Part shown: positions 45,751-53,966 of the stretch, one piece after another
Layout of the letters: the number at the start of each line of letters is the position of its first letter
Position numbering within the stretch: position 1 is the stretch's first letter
Source of the DNA: Candidatus Polarisedimenticolia bacterium
GTDB taxonomy: Bacteria; Acidobacteriota; Polarisedimenticolia; JACPZX01; DASXTC01
Direction: 5' to 3'
Assembly: GCA_035281445.1 (NCBI GenBank)
Contig: DATEEA010000010.1
Span: 14,092-78,091, forward strand
DNA: 64,000 nt
Notes under the pieces: generated by a model
What the model was told of the DNA's origin: nothing
What the model saw: only the letters and a program-made list of their open reading frames with translations
Database searches by the model: none
Position numbers and translations under genes: made by a program

Positions 45751-46959
45751 CTAGTAGGGCTCGGACCGGGGACGCTCCTCGGTGAAGGTGTCCCACTCGA
45801 AGCACTGCGGGCACCGCCACAGGTATTCCAGCGACCGGTAGCGGCAGGTGGCGCACAGGAAGGGGTCGGCGAACTCGTTGACCTCCTTCGCCAGGTCCAG
45901 GTACTTCTCGATGACCCTGCGGTCCAGGCCCCGGGCCAGGGTCATGCGCCAGAGCTCCTGCTGCACGGTCAGCGACCGGGGGAAGGCCCTGGCCGCGTCG
46001 AGCAGGTCGTGGTACGCGGCGTCGGTCTCCCCTCGCTCGGCTTCCAGCCGGGCCAGCAGCACCCTGGCCCGCCAGTTGCCCTCGTCGCGGCCGGAGATCC
46101 GCCGGCAAAGCTCCTCGATGGAGCGGCCGATCTCGGGGTCCTCGTACGCCCCCTCCAGCCGATCGAACACCAGCGGGAGATGCCGGGGCTCGAGGTCCAC
46201 CACCCTCTCCCAGTGCTCCACCGCCTTGCGGAGCTTCCCCTCCTTGTAATAGAGGTCGCCCAGGAAGATATGTGCCGGATAGGTCCGCTCGTCAACCGCG
46301 ATGGCCTTCTGGAAATGCCGCAGGGCGGCCCGCTCGTTCCCCTGCCGGAGCTGCTCTCGGCCGATCTCGTTGTAGATGAAGGCCAGCGGGCGATTCTTGC
46401 GTGTCCGGTCCAGCCGGATGATCTGCTCTTCCAGCTCCAGGGCCCGCTCCCATTGCCGGTCCTCGATGCAGAACCGGGACATGGCCCGCAGGGCGGGGAG
46501 GTTGCGGCCGTCCAGGTCCAGGGCCTTGCGGTAGGCCTCGCGGGATCGCTCCACCAGCCCCGCGGTGCGGAAGTCCTCCCCCAGGCTGGCCTGCGCCTGC
46601 GCCCGCTCGGCGCGGGTGAGCTCCTGGCGCCCCATCAGGCCCGAGTGCACCCGGATGGCCCGGTCGAACAGCCCCTTCTCACGGTAGAGGTCTCCCAGGA
46701 TCAGGTAGAGCCCCGCCACGTCGGTCCTGAGGCGCGCGGCCCGGGTGAGCTCCTCGATCGCCTCGTCGCGCCGGCCGGCGATGAAATGCGTGATCCCCTC
46801 GGTGTAGTGCCGCGCGAAGTCGTGGTTGGTGTCCTCCTCGTCGCGATGCCACCAGCGCAGGGCGCGGGCGGCCCACCAGCCGGCCGCCGCCCCGGCGCCG
46901 GCGACCAGCAGGCCGGCGGCCAGCAGCACGAGCCCGGAAGGAGGAGGGAGCGGCTCCAT
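45751..46959 (-). CDS. lapB: lipopolysaccharide assembly protein LapB (YciM): TM + TPR + rubredoxin-like C-terminus
   Basis: 402-aa ORF with an N-terminal TM segment and multiple TPR repeats. The C-terminal Cys motif is FLCATCRYRSLEYLWRCPQCFEWDTF. It lies directly after lapA. Confidence 0.85.
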   Translation of the reverse strand: MEPLPPPSGLVLLAAGLLVAGAGAAAGWWAARALRWWHRDEEDTNHDFARHYTEGITHFIAGRRDEAIEELTRAARLRTDVAGLYLILGDLYREKGLFDRAIRVHSGLMGRQELTRAERAQAQASLGEDFRTAGLVERSREAYRKALDLDGRNLPALRAMSRFCIEDRQWERALELEEQIIRLDRTRKNRPLAFIYNEIGREQLRQGNERAALRHFQKAIAVDERTYPAHIFLGDLYYKEGKLRKAVEHWERVVDLEPRHLPLVFDRLEGAYEDPEIGRSIEELCRRISGRDEGNWRARVLLARLEAERGETDAAYHDLLDAARAFPRSLTVQQELWRMTLARGLDRRVIEKYLDLAKEVNEFADPFLCATCRYRSLEYLWRCPQCFEWDTFTEERPRSEPY

Positions 46960-47316
46960 CTAGAGAGCGCTGTCCTCCTCGCGCCCGACCGGCATGGGAG
47001 CCCGGTCGTCGTCCACGGGCCCGGTGAGCGGGAGGTTGCGGAGGGCATCCACCTCGGACTGCAGCTTCTTGAGCTTCCTCTTGAGACGGGCGTTGCCGAC
47101 CCGCAGCTTCATCCCCTCGATGATGCCGATGATGCTGGTGAAGACCACTCCCAGGAAGAAGGCCCCCAATATGACGTACACCGCCGGCCGGGGCTCGCTG
47201 GTGGTGGAACCGAAGGTGAGCGTCAGCATCTGGTCCTTGTTCTGGAGCATGAAGACCAGGGCCAGGAAGAAGACCACCATCAGCAGGATCAGGGTGAAGA
47301 ATCTCATGAACGGCAT
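46960..47316 (-). CDS. lapA: LapA (YciS/DUF1049) family inner-membrane protein
   Basis: 118-aa ORF with two TM helices followed by a basic coiled segment RLKRKLKKLQSEVDALR. Its stop abuts the lapB start. Confidence 0.75.
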   Translation of the reverse strand: MPFMRFFTLILLMVVFFLALVFMLQNKDQMLTLTFGSTTSEPRPAVYVILGAFFLGVVFTSIIGIIEGMKLRVGNARLKRKLKKLQSEVDALRNLPLTGPVDDDRAPMPVGREEDSAL

Positions 47317-47325
47317 GGCCAGCCC

Positions 47326-47883
47326 CTAGAGGTAGCCCTGGGTGACGCGGGCCCAGCGGCCCTGCACCTTCAGGATGAAGTCGATGACCTGCCGCACGGC
47401 GCCCCGCCCGCCGGGCAGGGAGGTCACCAGATGCGCCGCCTGGCGCGCCTCGGGGCGGGCGTCGGCGGGGGCCGCGGCCAGGCCCACCCGCTTGAGGATC
47501 GGCACGTCCACCAGGTCGTCGCCGATGAAGCAGACCGCCTCGGCCCGGACGCGCCGGGCCTTCAGGATCGACTCGAAGACCTCCGCCTTGCGGAAGACCC
47601 TCTGGTGGTACTCCTCCATCTGCAGCTCGGAGGCGCGCCGGGTGGTGGCGATGCTGAGGCGTCCGGTGATGACGCCGGTGACCAGGCCGGCCTTCTGGGC
47701 CAGGCGGATGCCGACCCCGTCGCGCGAGTCGAACCCCTTGGCCTCGTCCACCTCGGCCTGAAGGATGATCCGGCCGTCGGTCAGGACCCCGTCCACGTCC
47801 ATCAGGATCAGCTTCACGCGTCGAGCGCGATCGGCGACGTCCGGTGCCAGACGCATGTCCTCTCTCCGAGAAAGGCGCGTCAT
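47326..47883 (-). CDS. kdsC: 3-deoxy-D-manno-octulosonate 8-phosphate phosphatase (HAD IIIA), copy 1
   Basis: 185-aa ORF. Motifs are LILMDVDGVLTDG, GVITGR, FIGDDLVDVP and GGRGAVRQV. An alternative start at ATG 47856 sits behind GGAGAGAGGA and looks better supported than 47883. Confidence 0.85.
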   Translation of the reverse strand: MTRLSRREDMRLAPDVADRARRVKLILMDVDGVLTDGRIILQAEVDEAKGFDSRDGVGIRLAQKAGLVTGVITGRLSIATTRRASELQMEEYHQRVFRKAEVFESILKARRVRAEAVCFIGDDLVDVPILKRVGLAAAPADARPEARQAAHLVTSLPGGRGAVRQVIDFILKVQGRWARVTQGYL

Positions 47884-47925
47884 GTTAGCACGAAGGAGCG
47901 CGGCGCCCGGCAGGATGGCGGCCCG

Positions 47926-50592
47926 TCAGCGGGCCAGCAGCGAAAGCCAGTTCAGCACGATGGTGATCGGCTCTTCGTCGTCCCCTTCGGTCCTCACGAC
48001 GAGCAGCCTGCGGCCGTCCCGCCCGGCGAGGTACCTGTTGCGGATGGCGCCCAGGCCCGCCGTCCTGGGCGCGAACAGCCGCTGGGGCGGCCCCATGGCG
48101 AAGGACTCGGAGGCCGGCACCGGCACCGCCACCAAAGTGCGGTCGGGAGCCATGTAGAACATCTCCTTGCCGTCGCCGCTCCATTGCGGCTGGCCTCCGC
48201 CGCCTGAGGAGACCTGCCACTTCCCCTCCCCGGAGGGGAAGGCGCGGACATAGACCTCCCACTGGCCCGACTCGTCCGACACGTAGGCGGCCCAGCGGCC
48301 GTCCGGCGAGATCGCCGCGTGCATCTCGCTGGCCGGGGTCCGAAGGAACGGGCGAGGCTCTCCTCCTCCCAGAGGCAGCATCCACAGGTCCGATCGCGTC
48401 GCCGGGTCGACCTCTTCGTACACGACCCACCGGTTGTCGGGGGAGACGTCGTCGGGCCACTTGTCGTGGCTGTTCTGGAGCAGCGGCCGCTCCGCGGCGG
48501 AGCCCCGGGCATCCTTGATGTAGAGATCGAAGCGGCCGGCGGCGTTGCCGGCGTAGACGATGTCCCTGCCGTCCCTGCTCCAGACGGAAGAGATCTCGAC
48601 GCCCGTCTCGAAGGTGAGCCGGCTGAACAGCTTCCTTTCCAGGTCGAGGAGCCAGATGTCGTTGGTGCCGCTCCTGGGGTCGGCCCGGTTCAGCGAGACC
48701 ATCGTGCCGTCCGGGGACAGGGCCGGTTCGTCGTAGGCGCCTGGCGGGTCGAAGCTCTCCAGGATCTTCCCTTCGCGGTCGGACCAGACCAGCCGGTTGG
48801 GCCGGGGAGAGTTGGTGCGGTAGGCGAGCACGCCGTTGCCGGAGAGGCTGAACGCGCCGTAGCGCGTCGGCCCCGCCTCCCCCGCGTGCTCGATGTTCTC
48901 CGCCAGGCCCACCGGCTCCCCCTCCAGCACGGCGCCCACCGTGTCGAACGGCTGGGCGAAGAGCGTTCTCTCCCTCACGAAGACGATCCAGCCGGGGACG
49001 ACGGCGACGCTGGAGGAGGCCTGGAAGACCGGACGGGGCTCGCCTCCGTCCAGCGAGGCGACATGGATCCACTCTTTCTCCATGTCCCCGGCCCGCGTCA
49101 GGAACAGGAAGCGCCGGCCGTCGGGAAGCAGGTGAGGCCAGCGGTGGCTGGTCTCCCCCTTGTCGCGGCGAAGGGCCGTGAGGGGGACGGGGACCCCTCC
49201 GCCGGCAGGGACCCTGTAGAGAGGCTCGGTGAAGTGCGGCGTGAAGACGATCGTCCCGTCGGGCGCCCAGCTCCCGCCTCTGCCGTCCGGGGCGGCGCAG
49301 ATCGTGCGGACCGCCCCGCCCGCCAGATCGATGCGCTTGAGCTTCCCCGCGGCGAAGAACCCGAGCGACTTGCCATCGGGAGACCAGAAGGGGAGCGTCC
49401 CCTGCTCCGTCCCCTGGAGCTTGCGCCCATCCAGCGAGTCCATGGACCTCAGCCAGAGCGTCCGCAGGCCGCCGCTGTCCGCCTCGTACACCAGGTGGCG
49501 GCCGTCGGGCGACAGGGCGAGCGACGAGTCGGATCCCAGCCCCTCCTCGGGTGCCACGGTGAAGCGGACGACCGGAGCCGCCGGGGCCTGCGGTCCGAGG
49601 CGGACCACCGCCCCCGTGGCCGCCAGAGCCCCCACCAGCCCGCCCACCGCCAGCCATGCCGCCGCCGCGCGCCGCCGCCGTCCCGCGGCGCTCCCTCCGG
49701 AGCCGGCAGAGGCCGGCCGGTCCACGGCGCCCGGTCCCGATCCGATCCACGCCAGCTCCAGGGCGACGTCGCGGGCGCTCTGCCAGCGGTTCTCCGGATC
49801 CTTGGCCAGGCAGCGCGCCAGCAGCCGGTCCAGAGCGGGGGGGGACAGGGGCTGCAGGGTCGAGGCCGGCGGCGGCTCGGCGTCCATGATGGCGGCGATC
49901 AGGCTGGCCTGGCTCGATCCCTGGAAGGCCTTGCGTCCCGTGGCCATCTCGTACAGCACCGTCCCCAGGGCGAAGATGTCGGTGCGCGGGTCGGCCTCCT
50001 TCCCCTCGAGCTGCTCGGGGGCCATGTGCTGGAGCGTCCCGACGATCTGCCCTTCGCCTGTGAGGCTCTTCTGCTCGGTGGCCAGGGCCGAGAACGCCGG
50101 ATCGGATCCCGGCCCCTTGAGGGCCCGCGACAGGCCGAAGTCCAGGATCTTGGCCCCGGAGCGGGTCAGCATGACGTTGGCCGGCTTGAGATCGCGGTGG
50201 ACGATCCCCTGGCGGTGCGCCCGGTCCAGCCCGGCGGCGATCTCGCCGGCCACCTTCAGCAGCTCGGGGGCGGGGAGCGGGCCCCGGGCGATGCGCTGGG
50301 CGAGCGTCTCTCCTTCCAGGTACTCCATCACCAGGAAGTCCACCCCGTCGTGCCGGCCCACGTCGAACAGCGTGCAGATGCCGGGGTGGCTGAGGGTGGC
50401 GATGGCGCGCGCCTCGCGCTCGAAGCGCTCGCGCCGGTCGGGGCGGGAGGCGACGTCCTCGGGGAGCACCTTGACGGCGACCGTGCGGTCCAGTCTCGTG
50501 TCGCGCGCCCGGTACACCTCTCCCATCCCGCCCGCGCCGAGAGGGGCGACGATCTCGTAGGGGCCGAGCCTGGAGCCGGGAGCGAGGGGCAT
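47926..50592 (-). CDS. Ser/Thr protein kinase fused through a TM segment to a TolB-like beta-propeller
   Basis: ATG at 50592-50590 is in frame in ORF 47926..51546 and gives 888 aa. Kinase motifs are GAGGMGEVY, VAVK, HRDLKPANV, DFG and APE. A TM segment AAAWLAVGGLVGALAATGAVV follows, then PD40-like repeats (SPDGRHLVY, SPDGKSLGF, SPDGTMVSL, SPDGRWAAY). Confidence 0.9.
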   Translation of the reverse strand: MPLAPGSRLGPYEIVAPLGAGGMGEVYRARDTRLDRTVAVKVLPEDVASRPDRRERFEREARAIATLSHPGICTLFDVGRHDGVDFLVMEYLEGETLAQRIARGPLPAPELLKVAGEIAAGLDRAHRQGIVHRDLKPANVMLTRSGAKILDFGLSRALKGPGSDPAFSALATEQKSLTGEGQIVGTLQHMAPEQLEGKEADPRTDIFALGTVLYEMATGRKAFQGSSQASLIAAIMDAEPPPASTLQPLSPPALDRLLARCLAKDPENRWQSARDVALELAWIGSGPGAVDRPASAGSGGSAAGRRRRAAAAWLAVGGLVGALAATGAVVRLGPQAPAAPVVRFTVAPEEGLGSDSSLALSPDGRHLVYEADSGGLRTLWLRSMDSLDGRKLQGTEQGTLPFWSPDGKSLGFFAAGKLKRIDLAGGAVRTICAAPDGRGGSWAPDGTIVFTPHFTEPLYRVPAGGGVPVPLTALRRDKGETSHRWPHLLPDGRRFLFLTRAGDMEKEWIHVASLDGGEPRPVFQASSSVAVVPGWIVFVRERTLFAQPFDTVGAVLEGEPVGLAENIEHAGEAGPTRYGAFSLSGNGVLAYRTNSPRPNRLVWSDREGKILESFDPPGAYDEPALSPDGTMVSLNRADPRSGTNDIWLLDLERKLFSRLTFETGVEISSVWSRDGRDIVYAGNAAGRFDLYIKDARGSAAERPLLQNSHDKWPDDVSPDNRWVVYEEVDPATRSDLWMLPLGGGEPRPFLRTPASEMHAAISPDGRWAAYVSDESGQWEVYVRAFPSGEGKWQVSSGGGGQPQWSGDGKEMFYMAPDRTLVAVPVPASESFAMGPPQRLFAPRTAGLGAIRNRYLAGRDGRRLLVVRTEGDDEEPITIVLNWLSLLAR

Positions 50593-50597
50593 CGGGT

Positions 50598-50627
50598 TTG
50601 GGGGCCTCGTGGCGCGCGTATTATACT
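50598..50627 (+). promoter_or_regulatory. candidate promoter TTGGGG, 18 nt, TATACT for kdsA; near-leaderless
   Basis: TATACT lies at 50622-50627, only 10 nt before ATG 50638. There is no Shine-Dalgarno sequence. The -35 box is weak. Confidence 0.4.
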
Positions 50628-50637
50628 CGGCGCCGGC

Positions 50638-51525
50638 ATGACCACACCGGCGCCACCCTCCTCCGGATCCGGCTCCTCCTCCGCGGCGCCGCGCCGCGCG
50701 CGCGTGGCCGGCTTCGAGGTCGGCGAGGGCCGTCCGATGGCCCTCATCGCCGGCCCCTGCGTCATCGAGAAGGACGATCTGATGCTGCGCACCGCCGAGA
50801 CCCTGGCGTCCATGGCGCAGCGTCTGAAGCTCCCCCTCATCTTCAAGTCGTCCTACGAGAAGGACAACCGCTCCACCAGCGCCTTCTACCGCGGCCCCGG
50901 GATCGAGGCCGGGCTGGCGCTGCTGCGGCGCGTGAAGGAGCGCTTCGGCCTGCCGGTCACCTCCGACGTGCACCGCGAGACCGACATGGCCGCGGCCGCC
51001 GATGTGCTCGACGTGATCCAGATCCCGGCCTATCTCTGCCAGCAGACCAGCCTGGTGGAGGCGGCGGGCCGCACGGGGCGCCCGGTGAACGTCAAGAAGG
51101 GGCAGTTCCTGGCGCCGCACAACATGGCCAGCGCCGTGGGGAAGCTGCGCGGGGCGGGGTGCCGCGACATCCTGGTCACCGAGCGCGGCAGCTCGTTCGG
51201 CTACAACCGGCTGGTCAACGACTTCACCGCCATCCCGGTCATGAAGGGTCTCGGCGTCCCCGTGGTCTACGACGCCACCCACAGCGTGCGGCTGTACGGC
51301 ACCCCCAGCAAGGACCCGCGGGGAGGGGAGCCGCAGTTCATCCCCACCCTGGCCCGGGCCGGGGTGGCGGCCGGCTGCGATGCGCTGTTCATGGAGACCC
51401 ACCCCGATCCCCCCTCGGCCCTGTGCGACGCCGCCAGCCAGTTCCCCCTGGGCCGCATGGAATGGATGCTGTCGCACGCCATCCGCCTGTCCGAGATCGT
51501 CCGCGAGGCCGAGGCCGCACGGTGA
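50638..51525 (+). CDS. kdsA: 3-deoxy-8-phosphooctulonate synthase
   Basis: ATG at 50638 is in frame in ORF 48319..51525 and gives 295 aa. Motifs are LIAGPCVIE, FKSSYEKDNRS, IQIPAYLCQQT, NVKKGQF and YDATHSV. Confidence 0.9.
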   Translation: MTTPAPPSSGSGSSSAAPRRARVAGFEVGEGRPMALIAGPCVIEKDDLMLRTAETLASMAQRLKLPLIFKSSYEKDNRSTSAFYRGPGIEAGLALLRRVKERFGLPVTSDVHRETDMAAAADVLDVIQIPAYLCQQTSLVEAAGRTGRPVNVKKGQFLAPHNMASAVGKLRGAGCRDILVTERGSSFGYNRLVNDFTAIPVMKGLGVPVVYDATHSVRLYGTPSKDPRGGEPQFIPTLARAGVAAGCDALFMETHPDPPSALCDAASQFPLGRMEWMLSHAIRLSEIVREAEAAR

Positions 51526-52052
51526 GCTGGCGCGGGAGGATCGCACCGATCCGGCTCGTGCTGATGGACGTGGACGGGGTGATGACCGACGGCGGCATCG
51601 TCTACGAGGGGTCCGACACCGAGCTCAAGCGGTTCGACATCCAGGACGGGATGGGGGTGTCGCTGGCGGTGAAGGCGGGCTTGCAGGCGGGGGTGCTGAC
51701 CGGGCGGTCGTCGCCGATGGTGGAGCGGCGCGCGCGGGAGCTCTCCATGACCGTGATCAAGCAGGGCTTCCACGACAAGCTGGCCGGCTGGCGGGAGGTC
51801 CTCGCCGAGACCGGCCTGGCCCCGGGGGAGATCGCCTACATCGGCGACGACGTCCAGGACCTCCCGGTCCTCTGGCGGGCGGGGTTCTCCGCGGCTCCGG
51901 CCAACGCCGTGGAGGAGGTGCGCTCCCAGGTTCACTACGTCTGCCGCAAGCCCGGCGGCCAGGGTGCGGTCCGGGAGTTCATCGATCTTGTGCTGAGCGA
52001 GAAAGGGATCAAGGCGCAGGTCATCGAGGCGTTCACGGGAGCGAAGCCATGA
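51522..52052 (+). CDS. kdsC: 3-deoxy-D-manno-octulosonate 8-phosphate phosphatase (HAD IIIA), copy 2
   Basis: GTG at 51522 overlaps the kdsA stop (GTGA). Motifs are LVLMDVDGVMTDG, GVLTGR, YIGDDVQDLP and GGQGAVREF. Confidence 0.85.
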   Translation: MSWRGRIAPIRLVLMDVDGVMTDGGIVYEGSDTELKRFDIQDGMGVSLAVKAGLQAGVLTGRSSPMVERRARELSMTVIKQGFHDKLAGWREVLAETGLAPGEIAYIGDDVQDLPVLWRAGFSAAPANAVEEVRSQVHYVCRKPGGQGAVREFIDLVLSEKGIKAQVIEAFTGAKP

Positions 52053-52711
52053 AGATGTTCATCGATTCGGCCGATCCGGCGGAGATCAAGGAAGCCCTCT
52101 CCATGGGAGTGGCCGACGGCGTCACCACCAACCCCACTCTCATCGCCAAGTCCGGGGTGCGCGACCTGGAGCCGCGCATCCGGGAGATCGCCAAGCTGGT
52201 GTCCGGGCCGGTCAACGTGGAGGTGACCGCGGCCACGGCCGAGGGGATCGTGGAGGAAGGCAGGCGCTTCGTGCAGTGGGGGAAGAACGTCCACGTCAAG
52301 ATCCCTCTCAACCGCGCGGGGCTGGTGGCCTGCAGCGAGCTGGCCCGGCAGGGGATCCCCTCCACCATGACGCTGGTCTTCTCTCCCGGGCAGGCCATCC
52401 TGGCGGCCCGGGCCGGCGCGGCCTGGATCTGCCCCTTCGTGGGGAGGCTGGACGACGTCTCCTTCGACGGCCCGGAGCTGATCCGGACCATCATGGCCAT
52501 CTACGACGCCGACCCCGAGTGCCCCACCCGCGTGCTGGCCGCCTCCGTGCGGGGTCCGGTGCACGTCATCGAGGCGGCGCTCGCCGGCGCGCACGCCGTG
52601 ACCGTGCCGTTCTCCGTCGTCCGCCAGATGGAGCAGCACCCGCTCACCGATCGGGGGATCGCGCAGTTCCTGGCCGACGCGGCGAAGGCGCCGCACTCCA
52701 CCGGCAAGTGA
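52049..52711 (+). CDS. tal: transaldolase, short form (fructose-6-phosphate aldolase-like subfamily)
   Basis: ATG at 52049 overlaps the kdsC stop (ATGA) and gives 220 aa. Motifs are MKMFIDSADPAEI, GVTTNPTL, VKIP and ICPFVGRLDD. Confidence 0.85.
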   Translation: MKMFIDSADPAEIKEALSMGVADGVTTNPTLIAKSGVRDLEPRIREIAKLVSGPVNVEVTAATAEGIVEEGRRFVQWGKNVHVKIPLNRAGLVACSELARQGIPSTMTLVFSPGQAILAARAGAAWICPFVGRLDDVSFDGPELIRTIMAIYDADPECPTRVLAASVRGPVHVIEAALAGAHAVTVPFSVVRQMEQHPLTDRGIAQFLADAAKAPHSTGK

Positions 52712-53931
52712 ACGGGATCCGGGAAAGGACGTTCACCCGCCGCGCGGCCGCCTTGCCTGCCTGTCTGCTCTCTCTGGTCGCGGCGCCGGGAGCCGGCGAT
52801 CCTTCCGCTCGCGCGCGCGCCCTCCACGAACGCGCCCTCACCATCGACAGCCATGGCTTTATCCCCCCGCGATCCTGCGGGAGCACGGACCTTCAGGTGG
52901 ACTTCGCGAAAATGAGGAAGGGGGGCCTGGACGCGGTCTTCGGTGTTGTCTATGCCGAACAGCAGCGGCGCACCGCGCCGGCCTATGCGGAAGCGATGCG
53001 GCGGGCGGAGCAGGCGTTCCATGAGATCCATGAAACGGTCCGGCGCTGCCACCGTGAGGTGGCCCTGGCCCGGACCCCCGACGACGTGGAGCGGATCGCC
53101 GGCAGCGGGAAGCTTGCCGTGGTCATCGGGATCGAGAACGGATTCGTCCTCGGGAGGGAGCTGTCGCTGCTGGAGCGGTATCGCGATTCGGGCGCCGCGT
53201 ACATCGGGCTGACGCACGACGGACACAACGACATCGCCGACTCGGCGACGCCGCGCGAGAGGCTGGGTGACGCCGCCAGCGAGCATGGCGGGGTCAGCGC
53301 GTTCGGCGGGCAGGTCATTGCCGGGATGAACCGGCTGGGGATCCTGGTCGACGTCTCTCACATGTCCAAGGCGGCGACCCTTGACGCCATCCGGCTGTCA
53401 CGAGCCCCTGTCATCGCGTCGCACTCGAGCCTTCACGCGATCGTCCCCACGCCGCGGAACATGGACGACGAAACGCTGCTGGCGTTGGCCGCCAAGGGCG
53501 GGGTCATCCAGGTCACGGCCGTCCACAGCTTCGTGAAGGTCGATCCACCAGGAGCAACGAAGGCGTTCTTCGCCCTTCTCGACGAGTTCGGCATCGAGAC
53601 GGACGCCGGGGCGAAGGACCTCCCGCCGGGCGGCCGTGCCGAGTTCCAGGCCCGGCAGACGCAGATGGAGAGACGGTGGGCTCTCGCCACCGTGGCGCAG
53701 ATGGTCGATCACATCGACTACGCCGTCAGCCTGGCCGGTATCGACCACGTCGGGATTGGCTCTGATTTCGAGGGCGGCGGCGGACTTGCCGGATGGGCTG
53801 ACGCAAGCGAGACGGTGAACGTCACGGCCGAGCTGCTGCGGCGAGGGTACACGGAGGAGGAGATCCGGAAGATATGGGGCGGGAACCTCCTGCGGGCCTG
53901 GCGGAAAGCTCGGAAGCTCTCGACTCCCTGA
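52708..53931 (+). CDS. membrane dipeptidase (M19 family), secreted
   Basis: GTG at 52708 overlaps the tal stop (GTGA). The signal-like segment is RRAAALPACLLSLVAAPGAG. Motifs are IDSHG, GLTHDGHNDIADS, VDVSHMS, ASHSS and GIGSDFEG. Confidence 0.8.
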   Translation: MNGIRERTFTRRAAALPACLLSLVAAPGAGDPSARARALHERALTIDSHGFIPPRSCGSTDLQVDFAKMRKGGLDAVFGVVYAEQQRRTAPAYAEAMRRAEQAFHEIHETVRRCHREVALARTPDDVERIAGSGKLAVVIGIENGFVLGRELSLLERYRDSGAAYIGLTHDGHNDIADSATPRERLGDAASEHGGVSAFGGQVIAGMNRLGILVDVSHMSKAATLDAIRLSRAPVIASHSSLHAIVPTPRNMDDETLLALAAKGGVIQVTAVHSFVKVDPPGATKAFFALLDEFGIETDAGAKDLPPGGRAEFQARQTQMERRWALATVAQMVDHIDYAVSLAGIDHVGIGSDFEGGGGLAGWADASETVNVTAELLRRGYTEEEIRKIWGGNLLRAWRKARKLSTP

Positions 53932-53966
53932 AGCGATGCCGGGAGGGCCGGGAGCCGGACACCGTG

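Noticed and set aside
41993-48207. Very long + strand ORFs 41993..45004 (1003 aa) and 45682..48207 (841 aa)
   Set aside because: They run antisense to the NtrC-like, htrA, DUF4388, lapB, lapA and kdsC genes and are low-complexity. No independent evidence supports them.
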